In this document: piece after piece, positions 1 through 6,458 of the stretch
Layout of the letters: each line of letters begins with the position of its first letter
Numbering within the stretch: position 1 is the stretch's first letter
From: a virus
Direction: 5' to 3' (one strand)
DNA length: 64,000 bases
IMG/VR virus record: IMGVR_UViG_3300035158_000222
Span: 1-64,000 of that record
Notes under the pieces: generated by a model
What the model was told of the DNA's origin: nothing
What the model saw: only the letters and a program-made list of their open reading frames with translations
Databases searched by the model: none
Made by a program: the position numbers and the translations under genes

Positions 1-335
1 ATGGGTAGTTCGTACGGGTATGTCTTGCCAGGTTTTTTGCCCCTGTCAAGAAGATATACGAACTCTATATTATATAATTCTGTTAAAGATTCTCTTAGTG
101 TCCGGTAGGGAGCAATGGCTGCGACTATCACGATCTTTGTCTGGCTTAGCCTATGCGCCTCTCGCCCCATGTTCAGGCAGTTCATGTATCTTCCATTCTT
201 TGTGAAGTCCTTGTTATCGGTCTTGGCACGATAGTTGTCTCCGTCTAAAACGATAGAGTTAGGAATCATTTCGTGTAGCTTGTTGGCTAACGTGGTCTTG
301 CCCGCACCACTGTTACCGGAAATCCATAGGATCAT
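1..335 (-). CDS. cysC: Adenylyl-sulfate (APS) kinase, runs off left edge; missing from the ORF track
   Basis: Hand translation from ATG 335: MILWISGNSGAGKTTLA...IVLDGDNYR...NKDFTKNGR...IVAAIAPYRTLR...YPYELP; P-loop, LDGD, (S/A)PY and YExP motifs of APS kinases. Confidence 0.85.
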   Translation of the reverse strand, partial: MILWISGNSGAGKTTLANKLHEMIPNSIVLDGDNYRAKTDNKDFTKNGRYMNCLNMGREAHRLSQTKIVIVAAIAPYRTLRESLTELYNIEFVYLLDRGKKPGKTYPYELP

Positions 336-336
336 A

Positions 337-663
337 TTATTTCTTTTTGTTCCTGATATTTGTGGCAGAGATAGCTTCTATCCCTGGATCCAGACGAATC
401 TCATGGACACCGTAGCCTACTTTTCTCCCGTAGACTACGCCCTCTATATCGGGAATAGTTATTATCTTTAATAAATTGTTTCCTCCAAAGGCCTTGCGTA
501 CCATCTTCTTTCGTTCCTTGTATGTATGCGGATTATCTTTGCTCATCTTTGTATCACGTATTGCAACACAGATAGGCTTCCCAGCATCCAGGAACTTCTT
601 CACGAAAGCTTCATGGCCTTTGTGGAATGGTTGAAATCGACCTATATATAGATAGTATTTCAT
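337..663 (-). CDS. Single-domain HIGH-type nucleotidyl/cytidylyltransferase
   Basis: GRFQPFHKGH motif, NPH...ER, C-terminal ISATNIR. Confidence 0.8.
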   Translation of the reverse strand: MKYYLYIGRFQPFHKGHEAFVKKFLDAGKPICVAIRDTKMSKDNPHTYKERKKMVRKAFGGNNLLKIITIPDIEGVVYGRKVGYGVHEIRLDPGIEAISATNIRNKKK

Positions 664-764
664 AGCTTACGCTTCTTTATCTTTTCTACTAGCCAGCCTA
701 TACAGCAAATAAACAACATTGCTAAATAGGCTAGCGCTACTATTAATATGAATTTAAAACACAT
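660..764 (-). CDS. Small membrane protein (34 aa)
   Basis: MCFKFILIVALAYLAMLFICCIGWLVEKIKKRKL; ATGA overlap with next gene. Confidence 0.4.
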   Translation of the reverse strand: MCFKFILIVALAYLAMLFICCIGWLVEKIKKRKL

Positions 765-767
765 ATG

Positions 768-841
768 TGGGCATGATAGGATTCGAACCTATGGTCTTCT
801 GCTTAAAAGGCAGTTGCTTTAACCAGCTAAGCTACACACCC
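768..841 (-). tRNA. tRNA-Lys(UUU)
   Basis: GGGTGTG/CATGCCC acceptor, CT-TTT-AA loop, GGTTCGAATCC T-arm. Confidence 0.93.
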
Positions 842-847
842 AACAGG

Positions 848-932
848 CGGAGAAAGAAGGATTCGAACCTTCGTAGGCGTTAACCTAGTCTCTGGTTAGC
901 AACCAGGCCCCTTTCCACTCGGGCATTTCTCC
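848..932 (-). tRNA. tRNA-Ser(GCU)
   Basis: GGAGAAA/TTTCTCC acceptor, TT-GCT-AA loop, long variable arm, G73. Confidence 0.92.
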
Positions 933-1023
933 TGGCGGAAGGGGTGGGATTCGAACCCACGGGGCTTTGACACCTCACTGGTTTTCAAGGCCAGCTCCTT
1001 AAGCCAGACTCGGACACCCTTCC
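933..1023 (-). tRNA. tRNA-Ser(UGA), CCA encoded
   Basis: GGAAGGG/CCCTTCC acceptor, CT-TGA-AA loop, long variable arm, ends GCCA. Confidence 0.92.
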
Positions 1024-1024
1024 G

Positions 1025-1098
1025 TACGGGAGGTGAGATTCGAACTCACACTGGACAGGTTTTAAGCCTGTTGTCTCTACCGGTTGGACTACTCCCGC
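1025..1098 (-). tRNA. tRNA-Leu(UAA), short variable loop
   Basis: ACAGG-CTTAAAA-CCTGT anticodon arm, 5-nt variable region, A73. Confidence 0.9.
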
Positions 1099-1104
1099 TA
1101 TATG

Positions 1105-1178
1105 TACGGGAGGTGGGACTCGAACCCACAAATTTCTGGTCCTAAGCCAGCTGCCTATTCCAATTCGGCTACTCCCGC
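1105..1178 (-). tRNA. tRNA-Leu(UAG), short variable loop
   Basis: CT-TAG-GA loop, GTGGG-TTCGAGT-CCCAC T-arm. Confidence 0.9.
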
Positions 1179-1187
1179 ATATATAAG

Positions 1188-1261
1188 TACACGGGAGAGG
1201 AGTCGAACCTCTACTGTCTAGGTTTTGAATCTAGTGCCTCTACCTATTGGGCTACCCGTGC
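1188..1261 (-). tRNA. tRNA-Leu(CAA), short variable loop
   Basis: TT-CAA-AA loop, AGAGG-TTCGACT-CCTCT T-arm. Confidence 0.88.
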
Positions 1262-1362
1262 ATGTGTAAAGAACAAACTTAAGTCAAGCTACTGAGCAAA
1301 CTCAGTAACGAGGATAATGACTTAAGTTTTAATACACGAGTATTCATAATAATTAATGTTAG

Positions 1363-1436
1363 TCGCGGCGGTGGGATTCGAACCCACGTCCTCGAAGTTA
1401 TGAGCTTCGCGAGCTGCCAGACTGCTCTACACCGCA
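1363..1436 (-). tRNA. tRNA-Met(CAU), initiator-like
   Basis: CGAAG-CTCATAA-CTTCG arm; GAGC/GCTC D-stem and weak 1:72 pair as in fMet tRNAs. Confidence 0.88.
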
Positions 1437-1440
1437 ATAA

Positions 1441-1507
1441 TGGAGCGGGCTACAGGATTTGCACCCGCCTTAAGGTGGTACCTTAAGTACCGCTACGATT
1501 CGCCCGC
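1441..1507 (-). ncRNA. Miniature tRNA-Gly-like RNA (67 nt) or degenerate tRNA
   Basis: GCGGGC/GCCCGC acceptor, U73-CCA, T-arm GCGGG-TGCAAAT-CCTGT, shrunken D arm, 7-bp stem with TACCA loop. Confidence 0.6.
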
Positions 1508-1695
1508 CTTGTAAGCGGATCTCGTTCTCTGTTACAGAAGTGGCAATAGCGCTTATCTTCGTTCCCATCCAGGTAATGTCCTTGGATATAACAATCGTTT
1601 CCGTGTATGCTACACATTACTTTGCCACAGTTGGCACACTTTACTTGGAATGAACAATACAGACATCTAGTAGTTAATACTGAATCTTTCTTCAC
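1483..1695 (-). CDS. Small Cys-rich zinc-finger protein
   Basis: CxxC, CxxC, CxxH, CxxC; 3' end overlaps the tRNA-like element. Confidence 0.5.
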   Translation of the reverse strand: MKKDSVLTTRCLYCSFQVKCANCGKVMCSIHGNDCYIQGHYLDGNEDKRYCHFCNRERDPLTRRANRSGT

Positions 1696-1785
1696 ATCTA
1701 CTCCTTTGGCACATCGATATGTGCTGTACGCTCAGGGCCCTTGGGATCGTCTTTGACAATAGCCATGACTCTCTTGTGGCCCTTC

Positions 1786-2205
1786 TTAACTGGTTTGTGT
1801 TTTAGTTTTCTTTTGTGCTCGCTTATTATTTGAACGATTTGCATATCTCTTGAAGGCACCGCATTTAGACATGTGGCTGCGATACTTAGGGCCTAATGTT
1901 TTCTTAAGATTAAACTTGAACATTCTGTCGTTGAGCTTCTTGTTCTCCTGTAGCTTTGTCTTTGTATATCTGTGCAGGTCTACTATCTGTCTTGCCGGTA
2001 TTCGGTTAGTGCTGACGTATTCCCAGTATGTATGGTCATATGGTAGCTTGATCGATACTGCGAAGACATGTGTGCCTCCGTAGTGAACAGCGTCCTCGAG
2101 ATGATTCGCGAAGAATGTACCTCGTTTGAATCCCTCCTTTAGTATAATAGCAGCAGTCTTCTTGTCTGTGCCGTGATAAAACTTCTTCCAATATATCTCG
2201 CTCAT
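1786..2205 (-). CDS. ADP-ribosyltransferase-fold protein
   Basis: FYHGT...AAIILKEGF...GTFFA...A.HYG pattern of HYE-clade ART domains. Confidence 0.55.
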   Translation of the reverse strand: MSEIYWKKFYHGTDKKTAAIILKEGFKRGTFFANHLEDAVHYGGTHVFAVSIKLPYDHTYWEYVSTNRIPARQIVDLHRYTKTKLQENKKLNDRMFKFNLKKTLGPKYRSHMSKCGAFKRYANRSNNKRAQKKTKTQTS

Positions 2206-2233
2206 AAGGATGGTAAAGTCTAGAATGAATTAG

Positions 2234-2509
2234 TTAGTTATCTTTTCTATTATCCTGCTCTGGTGTGGTTGCGGCCATTGGCTGATCGCAGCGGTCTCTC
2301 ATTTTCTTTAGTGATAGCTCGTATTCGTCCGGATCCATCTTTCGTATCTCTTTGATTACGCTCTCTAGGATCTCGTAAGCTTTAACGATCTGTGATCTGA
2401 CTACTGCAGCTCGTGTGCGGGCAATCAGTCTATGTCTCAACTCGTCATCATATTGGCGCTTGAGCTTTTCCTCCTTAGTAAGGCCCTCAGGCTTTAGAAT
2501 ATTTCCCAT
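2234..2509 (-). CDS. Hypothetical protein (helical)
   Basis: ORF on coding strand with TATG start context. Confidence 0.6.
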   Translation of the reverse strand: MGNILKPEGLTKEEKLKRQYDDELRHRLIARTRAAVVRSQIVKAYEILESVIKEIRKMDPDEYELSLKKMRDRCDQPMAATTPEQDNRKDN

Positions 2510-2524
2510 ATACTCTATTGTATT

Positions 2525-3165
2525 AACCTACATCTTCCATGTAGGCGACTCCACCATTCTCATGGTGACATATGTACTGATAATACAGGGCATTTGGTAT
2601 CCTACCGGGACTTCCCAGTCTTATACCCGTATAGAATCAAATACCCGAAAGTATCAATATACATGCAATGAGATCCCCGCCTATCTGCAATTCTTCGGGC
2701 AAACTGGCCCTCCCGATTCATTTCAGGCATAGGACGCCGCGTGATAGTAAAGAGACAGGGGAGCTCACTACATACGTAGTTCTTTGCTGGCCTCACCGGA
2801 GATCTTCGACCTATCAGCCCTGTCACGAATGACAGAGCAGGGCCACCGTAGTGTAATGGCTAACACTCGGAAGATCCACCACCCAATCGTGAAGGGCTGG
2901 AGAGTGTGGAGAGGTTTAAAGCAAACGACTCCGGTTCCCACCACCACCCCTTCTAGTTATTACTCCATGAAAGGGCTGATATACCAAAGCGTAGAACTCC
3001 GCATACGTTCGGACTTCTACGTCTAGGTACATACTAGCTGGTTAACACACCTACTTTCCGCAATATCTCCGGGCCAGCGCCGTCTATCCGGCCGCTTTCT
3101 TAAGCTAGCTATCGACAAGAAACGTACGCTCCTCGAGACAGGTGACGCAAGATGTGATTGTTTGA
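2525..3165 (-). ncRNA. Large structured ncRNA candidate (~640 nt)
   Basis: Gene-free gap with nested helices; G-U pairs and GAGA/GGGA/UUCG loops work on minus strand only. Confidence 0.7.
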
Positions 3166-3167
3166 TT

Positions 3168-3671
3168 TCAGTATATGTACCCCAGGATCCTAGGGTCATC
3201 TAGTGAGAGTTCTCGTTTGGAAATAACATATCGGCCTAAGAAGTTTTGTTCGCTGATATGTATATGATCGTCATGTACATCTTCAACAACAGCAACATGG
3301 CCGCGAGACTCATTGGTAATTACCATGCCTCCGATAATAGGAACGGTGCTGGTTGAGTAACCTTCTTCCTTTGCCCACTTGAGGAAATATCTAGCCCAAC
3401 CATAGAGCTGGATACCGGTCCTATAGCGCGCATATGGTACGCATGTTCCGTTACCGAAATACTTGACTTGTTGTAATGGACGTGGATCTGGTCTTTTTAT
3501 GGTACGTAGAAGAACTGGAGCTTTAATAGTTCCGTAATCCCAGGCGCATGTAGTACATGGTTCTTTCATAATTGCAAATCCTGGGCTTACTGCTGTCGGA
3601 AATAATATGCCAATAACTATCAGGAGTATGAATCTTTTGATGCCTATAATAGGCAATGGATCTTCATCCAT
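3168..3671 (-). CDS. CHAP-domain amidase with N-terminal membrane anchor
   Basis: GTCVPYAR (catalytic Cys), GHVAVVE (His), ISEQNF; hydrophobic N-terminus. Confidence 0.88.
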   Translation of the reverse strand: MDEDPLPIIGIKRFILLIVIGILFPTAVSPGFAIMKEPCTTCAWDYGTIKAPVLLRTIKRPDPRPLQQVKYFGNGTCVPYARYRTGIQLYGWARYFLKWAKEEGYSTSTVPIIGGMVITNESRGHVAVVEDVHDDHIHISEQNFLGRYVISKRELSLDDPRILGYIY

Positions 3672-3825
3672 ATAGTATTAGTCAAGTCCATTGGCCGCTT
3701 AGCATCCGCAATCCTCTTTGTACACTCACGAGGAAGGGACACTAGGCACACGATGGACGCGACCCAAGCAGCTCCGAGTTCAATTCTCGGCCGGTAGTAT
3801 AATGGATAAAACGCGAGACCTGCTG
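3672..3825 (-). ncRNA. Structured 5' leader / small RNA
   Basis: Nested helices GTCCAT/ATGGAC, TAGTGTCC/GGATGCTA, TCCTC/GAGGA; begins at predicted TSS. Confidence 0.55.
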
Positions 3826-3831
3826 TGTAAC

Positions 3832-3860
3832 ATTATAGCAAACATGTATGCTTTTGTAAA
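3832..3860 (-). promoter_or_regulatory. Sigma70 promoter
   Basis: TTTACA-17 nt-TATAAT. Confidence 0.75.
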
Positions 3861-4034
3861 TTAGAATTCCATGAGTTCCAGCCTCTCCCGTAACCTTAGG
3901 TAAATTTCAGGCGGGAGTAGGAACCGGATTTCTTCCACAGAATAAGGCGAGTCGTCGCTTAATATCTCTATTCTACCGCCCCGGAGATGTTGGTAATCCG
4001 GGTTCATGATAGCTTCTTCTACAAAGCTGAGCAT
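3861..4034 (-). CDS. Hypothetical protein
   Basis: C-terminal part of ORF 3861..4199 from MLSFVEE, abutting upstream stop. Confidence 0.5.
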   Translation of the reverse strand: MLSFVEEAIMNPDYQHLRGGRIEILSDDSPYSVEEIRFLLPPEIYLRLRERLELMEF

Positions 4035-4038
4035 GTAT

Positions 4039-4341
4039 TTAGGTATTAAGTTGGAATCCTGTTTTTTTGTAAACAGTAACAAGATGTTTCTGGGAATAAC
4101 CCAGTTTAGTATTCCATTTAGCTTCGAAGACGAAGATGTATCCGCTGAATAAGCGATAGATCCTACTGCCTCCGTGTCTTTGTCTCTTTTTGTTGACATA
4201 CTCTTCTTTGATTTCCTCCCGGCTATTCCATGCTTTAGTTGTAATTTTTAGGAGCTTGTCCTTATTACATTTGAACCGCAGCTTCAGCTTCTGTTCGGCA
4301 TGGGAAGTGATAACAAACTCGGGAGGAAGAGAAGTTTGCAT
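4039..4341 (-). CDS. RelE/DUF4258-like small RNase-fold protein
   Basis: ITSHAEQKLKLR N-terminus and LVTVY C-terminus. Confidence 0.5.
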   Translation of the reverse strand: MQTSLPPEFVITSHAEQKLKLRFKCNKDKLLKITTKAWNSREEIKEEYVNKKRQRHGGSRIYRLFSGYIFVFEAKWNTKLGYSQKHLVTVYKKTGFQLNT

Positions 4342-4438
4342 CGTAGCACCTCACACCTTGCAGTTCTTTTCGATTAGTTCCTTCAGGCGCTGTCGCACAA
4401 CGCCTGATATATTATTAATCCTCATATTAACGCCACAG

Positions 4439-4538
4439 TTTACTCCGTCTGCTTAGTAAAGCCTGTAGAGGCAGTACCTCACAGCCCCACCGAAAGAATA
4501 GCGATGCCGTTCCAAGGTGGCCAGAGTAAGCACTGACG
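4439..4538 (-). promoter_or_regulatory. Structured intergenic RNA element (three-way junction)
   Basis: Helices 4446-4455/4527-4538, 4463-4471/4477-4484, 4487-4491/4516-4520. Confidence 0.45.
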
Positions 4539-4910
4539 TCAATAGAGGCTACCTCCTTCCGGTAGGGTACAATTATGTCTCCTACCGTCGAGGCATTCCT
4601 GTCTAAGTTGTGAAAATTTCACGAGAGCTTCCATTATTGTCTCGTATCCATGGGCTTCTATTATCCGGTCTATACCGATATCTTTCATGTGAACCTCTAC
4701 CTTACAGTCGCCACAGTCAGAGCACTTACTGATTGTTATTTTGTACCACGGATATTCCTGTCGAATAAATTCTTCGCATTTAACTATGTCATATTTACAT
4801 GGTTCTGCTTGGGAAATCTTTCTCCACATATAATTATCTTGATAGATCTGGTCCACAATTTTGTTCATGAATAATCTGTGGCTAAAGCTTGCGTCTAGCA
4901 TATTCGGCAA
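4539..4910 (-). CDS. Hypothetical protein
   Basis: ORF on coding strand; start uncertain. Confidence 0.55.
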   Translation of the reverse strand: MPNMLDASFSHRLFMNKIVDQIYQDNYMWRKISQAEPCKYDIVKCEEFIRQEYPWYKITISKCSDCGDCKVEVHMKDIGIDRIIEAHGYETIMEALVKFSQLRQECLDGRRHNCTLPEGGSLY

Positions 4911-5394
4911 TTAGTATGGCATCTGTCATGCCGTCATGTATCTTGGTACAGCGAGCTGACTTCTTGAATGTAATATCTGGGAACAGCTGCTGTGCTATAA
5001 GTTTGGAATGGTCCTTGGGCTTACCCTTGGGTAGGCCTTTGAACATCTCCTTCTGCCACTCTCGTGGCATTACTATAGTATACGGAAGGTTTAAGCCAGC
5101 GCATATTCCTTCAAGCTGACCGAATCCCTGTCCGATAGTGAAAGTAGAAGATACGCCTTGCTTAGGCATCGCACGCTGATGTTCTATCGCAATTATAGCT
5201 ACGGTCTTATCACATTGAAAGTCGTATGATGATGCCCATCCAAATAGAAGGGAAGATATCTCTCTTAGGTTGAGGCGGTTCTTCGTACCTATTTTGATTG
5301 TTGACATAACGTCTAGGTATACCATCTTGCCCTTCTTGTCCAGGCAGGCTATACCTCCGTTAATGCCAGGATCTATTCCTATATAAAGTTTCAT
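4882..5394 (-). CDS. RuvC-like Holliday junction resolvase
   Basis: YIGIDPG, IE, QGVSSTFTIG, PREWQK, DGMTDAILIA. Confidence 0.88.
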   Translation of the reverse strand: MKLYIGIDPGINGGIACLDKKGKMVYLDVMSTIKIGTKNRLNLREISSLLFGWASSYDFQCDKTVAIIAIEHQRAMPKQGVSSTFTIGQGFGQLEGICAGLNLPYTIVMPREWQKEMFKGLPKGKPKDHSKLIAQQLFPDITFKKSARCTKIHDGMTDAILIAEYARRKL

Positions 5395-5406
5395 ATTGAA
5401 AATTTG

Positions 5407-5495
5407 AGTTACTAGGAGGATTGAATTCTAATCCAGATGAGGATCCCGCGTTGCGCAGGACTCTGTCGAAGCTGGCTCCCCGCCCCCTAGTAACT
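5407..5495 (-). other. Intergenic fold closed by a 10-bp perfect inverted repeat
   Basis: AGTTACTAGG (5407-5416)/CCTAGTAACT (5486-5495) with internal hairpins. Confidence 0.55.
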
Positions 5496-5504
5496 AAAGA
5501 TCGA

Positions 5505-5696
5505 TCAGCAGCCGTACGGAAATGTCCAGGGCAACGTCTTGCTCTTGATGTGATTCGGATCGTCGCAGTCGATACAGACCCAGGCCTTTATAGTAATAAC
5601 GACAGTACAGTTCTCCGTACATAAGCCGTCGATCTTGTGATCTCTTACTCTGGTAAAGAGCGTTTTCTTTTCCTCGCCACATACATAGCATTTCAT
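5505..5696 (-). CDS. Small zinc-ribbon protein
   Basis: MKCYVCG...CIDC. Confidence 0.55.
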   Translation of the reverse strand: MKCYVCGEEKKTLFTRVRDHKIDGLCTENCTVVITIKAWVCIDCDDPNHIKSKTLPWTFPYGC

Positions 5697-5768
5697 TCTT
5701 CATCGTCCTCCTTCTTCTTAAAATCGTACACATAGATCTCACCGCAGAAATTGCAGTTCCATACTTCT

Positions 5769-6209
5769 TTAACTTTCTTGTTCTGCTTTGTCAGCTTGTG
5801 AAATCTTAGTGGCCACTCGCACTTGTCGCACCAGTGAACATCTTTCAGACTCATCTAATACCTCCTTAAAATGTGATTCGTAATATGTTCCTATGAATTG
5901 TATGTCGAGCTCATTGAGCTTATAGCCTTGTGCCCTGGTTAGGGCAATGTATGTCTTGCGCAGAAGTGCTACTTCATATTCACGATGGTGTAATAAGCCG
6001 TTATCAAGATGGCAACCGCGATTGTGCATAGGTGCTGAGTTAAGGATGGATCCATTGAAGTCTCCGTGTCTGTGCTCGTATGAGCTTGGTGATATTATAT
6101 GATGAAGGCAGTCCCACTTGTTTTGTCCGCACCACATGCAGCGGTACCAGAACATCCATGCTTCTATATCGTTAGGACTGAACCTGTATTGCAGGCCTGT
6201 GTTTTTCAT
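5769..6209 (-). CDS. HNH/NinG-like nuclease-fold protein
   Basis: CMWCG...HHI...N..P.H..CH. Confidence 0.6.
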   Translation of the reverse strand: MKNTGLQYRFSPNDIEAWMFWYRCMWCGQNKWDCLHHIISPSSYEHRHGDFNGSILNSAPMHNRGCHLDNGLLHHREYEVALLRKTYIALTRAQGYKLNELDIQFIGTYYESHFKEVLDESERCSLVRQVRVATKISQADKAEQES

Positions 6210-6396
6210 ATCTCTGTTTGATAAGTTCGAACTTGATTAAAGCTCCGCCCTTAGTAGGGAAATATTCTTTGTAGTCCTTCCCAAATCGTGGAATTATAAG
6301 TATGCTAAATGCACGCTCTCCTGCCGTCGGCCATGCATATGCAAATATACTAACATACTCTGACTTATAGTACTTGAGTAGTTCCGGGATATTCAT
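6172..6396 (-). CDS. Hypothetical protein
   Basis: First ORF after promoter at 6412-6439. Confidence 0.6.
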   Translation of the reverse strand: MNIPELLKYYKSEYVSIFAYAWPTAGERAFSILIIPRFGKDYKEYFPTKGGALIKFELIKQRYEKHRPAIQVQS

Positions 6397-6411
6397 ATTC
6401 CCATAGTATAT

Positions 6412-6455
6412 AGTATACAGTACACACTATACTTGTCAAGGGGAAGTTATCCACA
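6412..6455 (-). promoter_or_regulatory. Sigma70 promoter with adjacent DnaA box
   Basis: TTGACA-16-TATACT; TTATCCACA at 6447-6455. Confidence 0.7.
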
Positions 6456-6458
6456 ATG

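Noticed and set aside
2805-2826. TTCGACC and CTGTCAC as T-loop and Asp anticodon loop of a plus-strand tRNA
   Set aside because: Flanking stems do not pair and the order is reversed; may be chance
2602-3026. Protein-coding ORFs inside the ncRNA candidate
   Set aside because: Short, non-ATG or opposite-strand, no motifs and lacking the genome's typical start context
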